From contig CAVGWA010000002.1 in the NCBI GenBank assembly GCA_963632935.1, forward strand, positions 5,197-69,196: DNA of 64,000 nucleotides. Reading direction: 5' to 3'. Source of the DNA: Oscillospiraceae bacterium (GTDB taxonomy: Bacteria > Bacillota_I > Bacilli_A > RF39 > UBA660). Under the pieces are notes generated by a model, which did no database searches, was not told the DNA's origin, and saw only the letters and a list, made by a program, of their open reading frames with translations. The translations under genes and the position numbers were made by a program. This document shows positions 8,520 to 18,011 of this stretch, one piece after another (positions within the stretch are counted from its first letter, which is position 1; every line of letters starts with the position of its first letter).

Positions 8520-11012
8520 ATGAAATTTTTTAAAAAAATATTTGATCATGAGTATAAAGAATTAGAGCGTTTTAAGAAAATTGCTGATGAAATAGAAGCT
8601 TTAAATGATGATATGCAGAAGTTATCTGATAAGAAGTTAAAAGCTAAAACTGAAGAGTTTAAGGAAAGATTAAAAAATGGTGAGACTTTAGAGGATATTA
8701 AGGTTGAGGCTTTTGCTGTTGCAAGGGAAGCTGCTTACCGTGTTATTGGCGAAAGGCCATATTATGTACAACTGTTAGGTGGTCTTGCTATTCATTATGG
8801 TAATATTGCTGAGATGAAGACTGGTGAAGGTAAAACTTTGACTTCTATTTTACCTGCTTATTTAAATGCATTAGAGGGTAAAGGAGTACATATTATTACT
8901 GTTAATGAGTATTTAGCTGGTCGTGATGCTAATTGGATGGGTAAGATTTATGAATTTTTAGGTTTGACTGTTGGTATTAATTATCGTGAATACACACCAG
9001 AGGAGAAGAGAAAAGTATATAATTGTGATATTATGTATTCTACAAATAATGAAATTGGATTTGATTATTTAAGGGATAATATGGTTGTTAAAACTGAAGA
9101 TAGGGTACAAAGACCATTGAATTTTGTTATTATTGATGAGGTTGACTCTGTTTTGATTGATGAGGCTAGAACTCCTTTGATTATTTCTGGTGGTAGAATG
9201 CAATCTGCTAATTTATATGTTCAAGCTGATAAGTTTGTTAAGACTTTGAAGGAAGATAATGGATATATATATGATGAGAAAACGAAGGCAACTTCTTTAG
9301 ATGCTGAGGGTATTAAAAAAGCGGAAAAACATTTTAATATTAAGAATTTGTATGATATTGAACATGCTACTTTAGTTCATTTTATTAATCAAGCTTTACA
9401 TGCTAATTATAGTATGAAGAAGGATTTTGATTATGTTATTCAAGATGGTAAGATTGTTATTGTTGATCAATTTACTGGTCGTTTGATGCCTGGAAGGAAT
9501 TTTTCTGAAGGGTTACATCAAGCTATTGAGGCTAAGGAAGGTGTTCAAATTAATGAGGAAACTAAGACTTTAGCTACTATTACATTTCAAAATTTGTTTA
9601 GAATGTATAAAAAATTAGCTGGTATGACTGGTACTGCTAAAACAGAAGAGGAAGAATTTAGAGATATTTATAACATGTATGTTATTCAAATTCCTACTAA
9701 TAAACCTGTTGTTCGTCAAGATTATAGTGATTTGATTTTTGCGACTGCTGAGGGTAAATATAGAGCTATAGTTAATGAAATTAAGGAAAGACATGCTAAA
9801 GGACAACCTGTTTTGGTTGGTACTGTAGCTGTTGAAAATAGTGAGAAGTTAAGTAATATGCTTAAGAAGGAGAAAATTCCTCATGAGGTTTTGAATGCTA
9901 AGAATAATGCTAGAGAAGCTGAGATTATTGCTAAGGCTGGTGAAAAAGGCGCTGTAACTATTGCTACTAATATGGCTGGTCGTGGTACTGATATTAAATT
10001 AGGTGCTGGTGTTAGAGAACTTGGCGGGTTGTGTGTTTTAGGCAGTGAAAGACATGAATCTAGACGTATTGATAATCAGTTAAGGGGACGTTCTGGTCGT
10101 CAAGGTGATCCTGGTATGACTCAATTTTGTGTTTCTTTTGAAGATGATTTGATGGTTAGATTTGGTACTGATAGTGCTAAGGCATTACTTCAAAAGGTTG
10201 GATTTGATGGTGAACTTTCTATTAGAAGTAAGGCATTATCTCGCTCTATTGAATCTGCTCAAAAGCGTGTTGAAGGTAATAATTTTGATATGCGCAAGCA
10301 TTTATTAGAGTATGATGATGTTATTAATAATCAAAGAATGATTATATATGGAAGACGTAATCAAATTTTAGATAGTGATTCAATTCATAGTATTACTTTA
10401 AGTCATTTTAAAAATCATATTTCTAATATTGTTAATAGTCATTTGATTGATAGTAATGTTTTAACTGGTTTAGATGTTAGTGAAATTTTAGAAGGCGTAA
10501 ATGAGAATTTACTTAAGGATGATTTAACTATTGATGAGTTGGAAAAACTTTCTCCAGATGATTTAATTGAAACAATATATGAACATGTTGCTGAGGAGTA
10601 TGAAGCTAAGATTGCAGAGTTTCCTGATGAACTTAAAAATGAGTTTGAGAAGGCTATTTCTTTAAGGGTAATTGATAATCATTGGATGGATCATATTAAT
10701 GCGATGAGTTTACTTAGAGAAGGTATTTATTTAAGACAATATGCTCAGGAAAATCCACTTCAAGCTTATACTGCTGAGGGATATGAAATGTTTGATAATT
10801 TACTTGCTGTTATTGATCAGGATATTAGTAGATATTTATTAAATGCTGAAATTAGACAAAATGTTGAAAGAGAGCAAGTAATTAAAGGTACTCCTAATGA
10901 AGATAAGGGTAAGGTTAAAAAACAGACTCCTAAAAGAGTTAAAAAAGTGGGCCGTAATGAAATGTGTCCATGTGGTTCGGGAAAAAAATATAAGAATTGC
11001 TGTGGAAAGTAG
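8520..11012 (+). CDS. secA: Preprotein translocase ATPase SecA
   Basis: Contains MKTGEGKTL, DEVDSVLIDEARTPLIISG and TNMAGRGTDIKLG, plus a C-terminal zinc motif CPCGSGKKYKNCCGK. The N-terminus aligns with Bacillus SecA from the ATG at 8520. Confidence 0.97.
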   Translation: MKFFKKIFDHEYKELERFKKIADEIEALNDDMQKLSDKKLKAKTEEFKERLKNGETLEDIKVEAFAVAREAAYRVIGERPYYVQLLGGLAIHYGNIAEMKTGEGKTLTSILPAYLNALEGKGVHIITVNEYLAGRDANWMGKIYEFLGLTVGINYREYTPEEKRKVYNCDIMYSTNNEIGFDYLRDNMVVKTEDRVQRPLNFVIIDEVDSVLIDEARTPLIISGGRMQSANLYVQADKFVKTLKEDNGYIYDEKTKATSLDAEGIKKAEKHFNIKNLYDIEHATLVHFINQALHANYSMKKDFDYVIQDGKIVIVDQFTGRLMPGRNFSEGLHQAIEAKEGVQINEETKTLATITFQNLFRMYKKLAGMTGTAKTEEEEFRDIYNMYVIQIPTNKPVVRQDYSDLIFATAEGKYRAIVNEIKERHAKGQPVLVGTVAVENSEKLSNMLKKEKIPHEVLNAKNNAREAEIIAKAGEKGAVTIATNMAGRGTDIKLGAGVRELGGLCVLGSERHESRRIDNQLRGRSGRQGDPGMTQFCVSFEDDLMVRFGTDSAKALLQKVGFDGELSIRSKALSRSIESAQKRVEGNNFDMRKHLLEYDDVINNQRMIIYGRRNQILDSDSIHSITLSHFKNHISNIVNSHLIDSNVLTGLDVSEILEGVNENLLKDDLTIDELEKLSPDDLIETIYEHVAEEYEAKIAEFPDELKNEFEKAISLRVIDNHWMDHINAMSLLREGIYLRQYAQENPLQAYTAEGYEMFDNLLAVIDQDISRYLLNAEIRQNVEREQVIKGTPNEDKGKVKKQTPKRVKKVGRNEMCPCGSGKKYKNCCGK

Positions 11013-11107
11013 CATAAAATAATGGAAAACTAATAATTATAAAAATTATAAATTGGTTCGAGTTTTATAACTTGTCCACAAAAAATTAAAATTATGTAGT
11101 AAAATAA

Positions 11108-11145
11108 AGGTGTGAACAATAATTATATTTGTTGACACCTTTTAA
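11108..11145 (+). terminator. Rho-independent terminator (secA 3' region / island edge)
   Basis: aggtgtgaacaa / ttgttgacacct stem with one mismatch and a 9-nt loop, followed by tttt. Confidence 0.5.
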
Positions 11146-11171
11146 AATCTAAATAGAAAGGAGAAAAAATA

Positions 11172-12055
11172 TTGAAAAAAGATTTAGTAACAGCAGAAAT
11201 AATAGTTAAAGAAAATAAGGTGGGAATACTAAGAGTTGGAAATGTTAATTACATTTCTTTAACTGATTTAGCAAAGTATCAAAATTAAGTGATCCATCTT
11301 TTACAGTTAAAAACTGGTTAAGAAGAATAAATACTATTGATTATATTGGACTATGGGAAGAAATTCATAATCAAGATTTTAATTTGGCCGAATTCGACCA
11401 AATTAAAACTGAATACGGCAGAAACTCATTTGCAATGTCACCAACACAATGGATAAAAAGAACTAAAGCAATAGGAATAATTTCAAAAGGTGGGAGATAT
11501 AGTATTGGAACATATGCCCATCCAGATATTGCATTTGAATTTGCAAGTTGGCTATCTCCGGAGTTTAAATTATATTTAATAACTGAATTTGAGAGATTAA
11601 AAACTAATGAAGCTTATCAAGAAAAAATAGATTGGCAAGCAAATAGAATTTTATCTAAATTAAACTATGTGGTTCACACTGATGCAGTAAAAACCTATAT
11701 TGTTCCAACACTTACAGAAGCGCAAAAGAAATTTGTTTATGCTGAAGAAGCTGATGTTTTAAATGTTGCTTTATTTGGGATGACAGCAAAAGAATGGAGA
11801 GAAAGAAATCCAAAACTTGCTGAAAATGGAAATATAAGAGATTATACTGATTTGCTTCATTTAGTGATATTAAACAATCTGCAAAACACAAATGCAGAAC
11901 TAATTGAAGAAAAAATACCACAAGGTGAAAGATTAGTAAGACTTAATCATTCAGCAAGAAGACAAATGAAAGTATTAAAAGATAATAAAAATATAAAAGA
12001 TTTAGAGTTATTACAAAAACAAGTTAATGAAGAAAATAATTTAATAACTAATTAA
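11172..12055 (+). pseudogene. KilA-N domain protein, frameshifted
   Basis: A TTG start with RBS gaaaggag gives MKKDLVTAEIIVKENKVGILRVGNVNYISLTDLAKYQN*. The reading continues in another frame (DPSFTVKNWLRRINTIDYIGLWEEIHNQDFNLAEFDQIK...) into the 11384-12055 ORF, so there is a single frameshift near 11285-11290. Confidence 0.7.
11357..11404 (+). repeat. Direct repeat copy A (inside the KilA-N gene)
   Basis: gaagaaattcataatcaagattttaatttggccgaattcgaccaaatt matches copy B at 13329-13371 at about 38 of 43 aligned positions, with 5 gap positions. Confidence 0.6.
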
Positions 12056-12088
12056 AAAAGTATCAGCATATTCGTTGATACTTTTTTG
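12056..12088 (+). terminator. Rho-independent terminator after the KilA-N gene
   Basis: gtatcagc / gttgatac stem (one G-U pair) extended by A/U pairs, 6-nt loop, T-run. Confidence 0.65.
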
Positions 12089-12128
12089 ATGTAAAATTAT
12101 AATAATCAAAAGAAAGAGAGATGATAAG

Positions 12129-13349
12129 ATGATCAATATTAGAAAAAGGGGTAAAGTATATCAATATTGCTTTGAAGTGGGAAAGGTGAATGGAAAAAGA
12201 AAACAAATAACTAAATCAGGTTTTAAAACTAAAAATGAGGCATATATAGCTGGGCAAAAAGCATACGATGAATTTATAAATGGAATAACTAATGTAGAGT
12301 GTAATATGTTATATGGAGATTATTTAGAATATTGGATGAAAGAATATTTTGAAATAAACTATAAATATTCTACTGCAAGGAGATATAAAGAATCTTTTAG
12401 GAATATTAAAAAGGAATTAGGTAATTACAAATTATCAGTTTTAACACCATATATTCTAAATCAAACGCTATTAAAGCTATATCAAACATCTGGCACAAGG
12501 GACGCATTAAGAAATTATCAAAAGGTTATTAAAAGTTCGTTGAGAGACGCAACTTACTATTTTGGATTTATTAAGAATAATCCGGCTGGTGATTTGGAGA
12601 TACCTAGAGTATTATCATTTGAATTAAAAAAAACAATATAGGTCACATTTATAATAAAGAAGAAATAGAAATAATTTTAGGCAGATTTAAGAATAATAAA
12701 GTTTTTGTATGTGCGTTTTTAACAGCTTGTTACACAGGAATGAGAACTGGTGAAGTATTTGCTTTAACTTGGGATGATATTGATTTAGAGAATAGAACAA
12801 TAAAAATTAATAAGACAGTTTATGGAAAAGATAAAGAAGAAAACGGTAGATGGTATTTAGGTACTGCTAAAACAATAGGTAGTCATAGGGAAGTTTATAT
12901 TTGTGATGCTTTATATTCATTTTTATTTAAATATAAAGAATTACAAAACAATTATAAAAAAGAGTGTGGTAAAAATTATAAATACTATACTTTAGAGGAA
13001 GTTAAAAATAAGTATGGTAAGTTAGTAGAATATAAAATTATAAAAAGTAATTCTAAACGCAATAGAGTAGAAATGGTATTTACTAGAAAAGATGGAACTT
13101 ATTCAGGAACGGATATTATTAGGTATCCATTTAGAATAATTCATCATGAATTAGGGATTCAATGCAGATTTTACGATTTAAGAAGATTTTTGTTATTATT
13201 TGTTTAAGAAATGGTTGTGAGATAAAGATATTGCAGAAACATTAGGACATAAAAGAATAGAAACAACTCAAAAATATTATATATTAAGTTTAGAAGAAAA
13301 TAAGAAAAAAATTACTAAAGTTTTTGAAGAAGAAATGAATAAGATTTAA
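12129..13349 (+). pseudogene. Tyrosine recombinase / phage-type integrase with at least three frameshifts
   Basis: The N-terminal SAM-like domain is at 12129-12641. The catalytic domain resumes in another frame (...CYTGMRTGEVFALTWDDIDL...) and shifts again near 13185-13195 and 13227 (..LRNGCEIK / DIAETLGHKRIETTQKYY). The first shift lies in an A8 run (12629-12636). The HxLR box reads YDLRR. Confidence 0.8.
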
Positions 13350-13371
13350 TTTGGTCGAATTCGAGTAAATT
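13329..13371 (+). repeat. Direct repeat copy B (overlaps the integrase stop codon)
   Basis: gaagaaatgaataagatttaatttggtcgaattcgagtaaatt is an imperfect copy of 11357-11404. Confidence 0.6.
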
Positions 13372-13449
13372 GATTGTTTAATGATGTAAAAAATAGTATA
13401 ATATCTAATATAAATTAGCTAAAAAATATTAGGACAAGTAGGAAAAAAC

Positions 13450-14468
13450 ATGGATAATAAATTAATTGGAAATGAGAAAAATATTTTGTTTTATAATGAT
13501 GAAGAAGGTAATACAAAAGTAGAAGTACTATTAGAAGATGAAGATGTTTGGTTGAATACAGAAGCATTAGCAGCACTTTTTAATGTTAAACGACCAGCTA
13601 TTACGAAACATATAAATAATATTTATGAAGATGAAGAACTTGAAGAAAAAAGCACATGTTCCAAAATGGAACATGTGGGTAACAATGGTAAACAAGATTA
13701 TAATACAAAATATTATAATCTTGATATGATCATTTCAATAGGTTTTAGAGTTAACTCTAAAAAGGCAATTAAATTTAGAACTTGGGCAAATAAAATAATT
13801 AAAGATTATATGGTTCAAGGCTTTGCATTAAATGATGAAAGATTTTTAAAAGCAAAAAAATCTGATCAAGAGTATTTTAAAAGATTGCTTGAAAGAATTA
13901 AATTAATTCGTACAAGCAGAGAATGTTTTATCAAAAAATTACTGATATATTTGCAGAATGTTCTATTGATTATGACAAAAATAGTGATACTGCAATAACT
14001 TTTTATAAAACTATTCAAAATAAATTCCACTATGCAATTACTGGAAACACTGCTGCTGAAATAGTTTATAAAAGAGTGGATTCTACAAAAGAAAATATGG
14101 GACTTACTACCTGGGAAAATTTACTTGATGGGAAGATTTTAAAATCTGATGTAATTATTGCCAAGAACTATTTAAATGAACAAGAAATTAAAAATTTAAA
14201 TAATTTAGTAAACTTATTTTTGGATATTGCTGAAAATAATGCAGAGAGAAATATAACAATGTATATGGAAGATTGGAAAAATGAAGTAGAAAATGCTCTA
14301 AAAGTTTTCCATTATGAAGTTTTAGAAGGAAAAGGAAAAATCTCACATAAAAAAGCAGTCGAAAAAGCGGAAAACGAATATGAAAAATATAAAGTTATAC
14401 AGGATAAGAATTATGTGTCAGATTTTGATAGACTATTAAGTGAAACAAACCAAATTGAAAATAAATAA
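13450..14468 (+). pseudogene. RhuM-family (virulence protein RhuM-like) gene, frameshifted
   Basis: The N-terminus (ILFYNDEEGNTKVEVLLEDEDVWLNTEALAALFNVKRPAITKHINNIYEDEEL) and the continuation MFYQKITDIFAECSIDYD... are typical of one RhuM-type protein. The two overlapping ORFs (13450-13998 and 13923-14468) differ by a single frameshift near 13915-13925. Confidence 0.75.
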
Positions 14469-14476
14469 ATTGCACA

Positions 14477-14505
14477 TTGGATAAAAAAACAAAAATTGAT
14501 ATAAT
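14477..14505 (+). promoter_or_regulatory. Sigma-A-type promoter with extended -10 and no intact ORF downstream
   Basis: TTGGAT - 17 nt - TGaTATAAT. Confidence 0.5.
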
Positions 14506-14830
14506 CAAGTTAGATGAACGGATGTGGGCAATGTCTACAAGAAGTCCACATTAGGGAAATACTTATAGTACAGGTAATATAATAAATACAAATAATATAG
14601 ATGTTACCTATTCCGATAAACAAGGAAATACGAATAATACTATAAGTATAAATAATACTGATAATATGGGAACATCCACTACGTGTGAAGTGAGAAAAAG
14701 TACAAAAACTGTTGTGGAAAGTAACGTAAATAAAGGCTTAAAAACTTTTTGAACTTTTAAAAATTTGTACATAATTAAAAATTGTGTTCATAAAAATTAA
14801 AAAACTGTTAAAATTATTGAAAAATAAGGG

Positions 14831-14866
14831 ATGTTATCATAGAAAACGTGATAACATTTTTCTTTT
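14831..14866 (+). terminator. Rho-independent terminator
   Basis: Perfect 9-bp stem atgttatca / tgataacat, 9-nt loop, then ttttcttttg. Confidence 0.65.
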
Positions 14867-14919
14867 GACGAATAGAATTGTAAAATTTAAAGAAAAGCTC
14901 AAATGAAAAATTAAATTAA

Positions 14920-15030
14920 CAAAAGCTACTTGTTGGTGCAGGTGCAATTAGTCATAATAAAGCAATAGAAAAAGCAAAAGATGAATATAAGAAATATGAA
15001 ATTATGCAGTATAAAAATATCGTTAAGTAA
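14920..15030 (+). pseudogene. 3'-terminal remnant of a second RhuM-family gene
   Basis: The open frame QKLLVGAGAISHNKAIEKAKDEYKKYEIMQYKNIVK* parallels VLEGKGKISHKKAVEKAENEYEKYKVIQDKNY of the RhuM gene at 14320-14410. It has no start codon or N-terminal part. Confidence 0.6.
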
Positions 15031-15075
15031 AATAAATCGAAAATAAATGTTGTATAATTTTAGTGGGTGGTTTTT

Positions 15076-15816
15076 ATGAATATAGAAAGTAATTTAATGG
15101 TTAAAAAAATTTCTTTAGAAAAAGACAAAATTGAATCGTTTGATAAGTATCCATTTAATATAGATATTGTTAAAAATTTTGATGAATTAAATTTTGATTC
15201 ACAAGTAACATTCTTTATTGGAGAAAATGGTGTTGGAAAATCAACATTTATAGAAGCAATTGCTGTAGCTTTGGGTTTACCTGCTGAAGGTGGGACTGAA
15301 AATTTTAGATATGAAACAAGAAATACGACTTCTGTGTTATCTGATTATTTAAGAGTTGGCATATATAATAAGCCAAAAATGAAATTTTTTTTAAGAGCAG
15401 AGAGTTTTTATAATTTTTCATCTGAAGTTCAAAGATTGGTTGAAGAAGATGGTTTTTATAGTTTATATGATGTTTATGGTGGCAATCTTCATGAATGTTC
15501 TCATGGTGAATCTTTTATAAAACTTATTAAAAATAAATTTACTGATCACGGATTGTATATTTTGGATGAGTCAGAAGCTGCTTTGTCTGCACAAAGACAG
15601 TTGGCGTTATTATGTCTTATTGATCAACTTGTTAAAGAAGGTAGTCAATTTATAATAGCTACTCATTCACCAATTTTAATAAGTTATCGAGATGGTAAAA
15701 TATTAGATTTAAATGATAATTTTAAAGAGGTTAATTATAAAGACACTGATATTTATTCATTATATAAAATGTATTTAAATGAACCGGATGTTATGCAACA
15801 TAGACTGTTTGATTAA
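15076..15816 (+). CDS. Stand-alone ABC/SMC-like AAA ATPase (COG3910-like predicted ATPase)
   Basis: Walker A GENGVGKST, signature-like SHGES, Walker B LYILDESEAALS, H-loop ATHSP. RBS gggtgg lies 5 nt before the ATG at 15076. Confidence 0.7.
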   Translation: MNIESNLMVKKISLEKDKIESFDKYPFNIDIVKNFDELNFDSQVTFFIGENGVGKSTFIEAIAVALGLPAEGGTENFRYETRNTTSVLSDYLRVGIYNKPKMKFFLRAESFYNFSSEVQRLVEEDGFYSLYDVYGGNLHECSHGESFIKLIKNKFTDHGLYILDESEAALSAQRQLALLCLIDQLVKEGSQFIIATHSPILISYRDGKILDLNDNFKEVNYKDTDIYSLYKMYLNEPDVMQHRLFD

Positions 15817-15880
15817 ATTAATTTATAAGATTAAATGTTTTTTTGCATTTTTAATTCACATAATCACTTAAATTAACAGG

Positions 15881-15909
15881 TTGCAAAAATTTTGCTTTTT
15901 TTATATAAT
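15881..15909 (+). promoter_or_regulatory. Sigma-A promoter of the glmS leader
   Basis: TTGCAA - 17 nt - TATAAT, about 45 nt upstream of the ribozyme cleavage site. Confidence 0.7.
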
Positions 15910-15939
15910 TTTGTTAAAGATAGGAAAAGCAGTTGGAGG

Positions 15940-16110
15940 ATGTTTGCCTATTTAGCGCCAGACCTAAAGTGGGTGACGAGGACTATAGTTATCGAAATAT
16001 TCGGCGGATACTATGGCGGTTTTGTGAATCGAAAGAAGTACTTTTAAAAAGTAAAATTAAAATTATAACAGAGGAGTATTTCACACAATTTTTTTACTGT
16101 ACATTTTTTT
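15940..16110 (+). ncRNA. glmS ribozyme: glmS ribozyme (GlcN6P-responsive self-cleaving riboswitch)
   Basis: Core elements are A|GCGCCAGAC (15954), GGGUGACGAGGA and GUUAUCGAAAUAUUCGGCGGAUAC, in the canonical order and directly upstream of glmS. Confidence 0.85.
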
Positions 16111-16126
16111 GAAAAGGAGAAATAAT

Positions 16127-17929
16127 ATGTGTGGAATAATAGGTTATGTAGGTAAGGATGAAAACTGTGTACGTGTTTTGATTGATGGATTGGAACGTTT
16201 AGAATATAGGGGATATGATTCGGCTGGAATTGCTTTTATAAAAAATGATGGTGTTCAGATTATAAAAAAAGAAGGTAAAATAGCTAATTTAAAAAAGTAT
16301 GTTGATTTTGATGTTAATTCTAATCTTGGAATAGGTCATACAAGATGGGCTACTCATGGTAGGGCAAATTCTGATAATGCTCATCCTCATAGGGTAGGAA
16401 AAATTACTATAGTTCATAATGGTATAGTGGAAAATTATGATAAATTAAGATGTGATTTAAAAAATAATGGTTATGATTTTAAATCAGAAACTGATAGTGA
16501 AGTTGTTGCGTCTTTAATAGACTTTATTTATAAATCAGAAAAAGATATGCTTAAGGCTATTAAAAAGGTAGAAGATATGTTAATTGGGTCTTATGCTTTG
16601 GGAATTATTTGTGATGATGAAAAAGACGTAATATATGCTGTAAAAAATAAAAGTCCATTGATAATTGGTGTTGGTGATGAAGAAAATTATATTGCTTCTG
16701 ATGTTCCTGCAATATTGGATAAGACTAAGAAATATATTGCCTTAGATGATGGGTTTTATGCAAAAATAACAAAAGGTGAAATTAAATTATATTTAGATGG
16801 TGAAGAGAAAAAATTTAAAATAGATGAATTTAGTTTTGATGGCACATATATTGATAAACAAGGTTATGAACATTTTATGTTAAAAGAGATGCACGAACAA
16901 CCTGAGGTATTTAAGAAAACTGTGGAAAAGTATATTTCTGGTGGTATTGATAGTTTAATTAAGAAAATGCCTGATTTTTCTAAGTATGAAAAAATAAGAA
17001 TTGTTGCTTGTGGTAGTGCAACTCATGCTGGTTTAATTGGTAAACAGTTGATTGAAAAGTATGCTGATGTTGAGGTTAGGGTTGATATGGCAAGTGAATT
17101 TAGATATTGTAAACAATTTTTGAGGGATGATGAATTAGTAATTGTTATATCACAGTCTGGTGAGACTGCAGATACATTAGAGGCTTTGAATATTGCAAAA
17201 AAATTTGGTAATGATACTTTGGGTATTGTTAATGCTAAAGGAAGTACGATTGCAAGGGAAGCTGATATGGTTCTTTATACGGAGGCAGGACAAGAAATTG
17301 CTGTTGCAACAACTAAGGCTTATTCTGCTCAAGTTGCATTGCTTTCTTTAATTGCAGTTAATTTATCTTATAGAAAAAATTTGATTAGTAGGGATGAAAT
17401 AGATAAAATATTAAGCGTTGTTAAAAGACTTCCTGATTATATTGAAGAGTTATTAAATAGAGATTATAAGAAGATTGCACAAAGAATAAAAGAAAAGAAT
17501 GATATATTTTTTATTGGTAGAGGTATAGATTATGCTTTAGCTGAGGAAGGATCTTTAAAATTAAAAGAAATATCTTATACTCATAGTGAAGCATATGCGG
17601 CTGGTGAATTAAAACATGGTACAATATCTTTAATTGAAGAAGGCGTTCCTGTTTTTGCTATTATAACTGATGATAATATAGCTCTTAAGACTATTAGCAA
17701 TGTGAAAGAGGTAAAATCTAGAGGGGCTGATGTGATTTGTGTAACTAATTATGAAGATTTGGATGAAAATGTTTGTGATGAGAAAATTGTTATACCCAAG
17801 GTACATTATTTATTTGAACCTTTACTTACGGTGATTCCACTTCAAATGATTGCTTATGAGCTTGCTAAGTTAAAAGGGTGTAGTATTGATAAACCTAAAA
17901 ACCTTGCCAAGTCTGTTACTGTTGAGTAA
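16127..17929 (+). CDS. glmS: Glutamine--fructose-6-phosphate aminotransferase
   Basis: Begins MCGIIGYVG (N-terminal nucleophile Cys) and has two SIS domains (SQSGETADT). C-terminus is ...NLAKSVTVE. RBS aaaggag. Confidence 0.97.
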   Translation: MCGIIGYVGKDENCVRVLIDGLERLEYRGYDSAGIAFIKNDGVQIIKKEGKIANLKKYVDFDVNSNLGIGHTRWATHGRANSDNAHPHRVGKITIVHNGIVENYDKLRCDLKNNGYDFKSETDSEVVASLIDFIYKSEKDMLKAIKKVEDMLIGSYALGIICDDEKDVIYAVKNKSPLIIGVGDEENYIASDVPAILDKTKKYIALDDGFYAKITKGEIKLYLDGEEKKFKIDEFSFDGTYIDKQGYEHFMLKEMHEQPEVFKKTVEKYISGGIDSLIKKMPDFSKYEKIRIVACGSATHAGLIGKQLIEKYADVEVRVDMASEFRYCKQFLRDDELVIVISQSGETADTLEALNIAKKFGNDTLGIVNAKGSTIAREADMVLYTEAGQEIAVATTKAYSAQVALLSLIAVNLSYRKNLISRDEIDKILSVVKRLPDYIEELLNRDYKKIAQRIKEKNDIFFIGRGIDYALAEEGSLKLKEISYTHSEAYAAGELKHGTISLIEEGVPVFAIITDDNIALKTISNVKEVKSRGADVICVTNYEDLDENVCDEKIVIPKVHYLFEPLLTVIPLQMIAYELAKLKGCSIDKPKNLAKSVTVE

Positions 17930-17931
17930 TT

Positions 17932-17958
17932 AAAGCTGATAATTAAACAGCTTTTTTA
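17932..17958 (+). terminator. Rho-independent terminator after glmS
   Basis: aaagctg / cagcttt stem, 9-nt loop, T-run. Confidence 0.7.
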
Positions 17959-18011
17959 TTTTATTAGGGATTAAAATGTGATAAAATAAGTATATGAAAT
18001 GAGGGTTTAGT

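Larger units (their letters stand above)
11013..15066. mobile_element. Decayed integrative element / genomic island remnant downstream of secA
   Basis: Contains KilA-N, tyrosine integrase and RhuM genes, each interrupted by frameshifts. Also holds a second RhuM 3' fragment and direct repeats. It occupies the position where Bacillus has prfB. Confidence 0.55.

Noticed and set aside
11051-11068. GGTTCGAG motif that might mark a tRNA T-arm or tRNA-derived att site after secA
   Set aside because: No acceptor or anticodon arms can be folded around it. It deviates from GGTTCGAATCC and is kept only as a weak third copy of the island repeat.
13923-14468. Treating 13450-13998 and 13923-14468 (and 12129-12641 / 12740-13207) as separate intact genes
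   Set aside because: The fragments are consecutive parts of single known protein families (RhuM; tyrosine integrase). Each continues exactly where the previous frame breaks, so they are frameshifted pseudogenes.
14555-14752. Open frame of about 65 codons (..STGNIINTNNIDVTYSDKQGNTNNTISINNTDNMGTSTTCEV..) as a gene
   Set aside because: It has no start codon with an RBS. It is a low-complexity Asn/Thr-rich product within a decayed island, so it is reported only as part of the promoter-terminator unit with no ORF.
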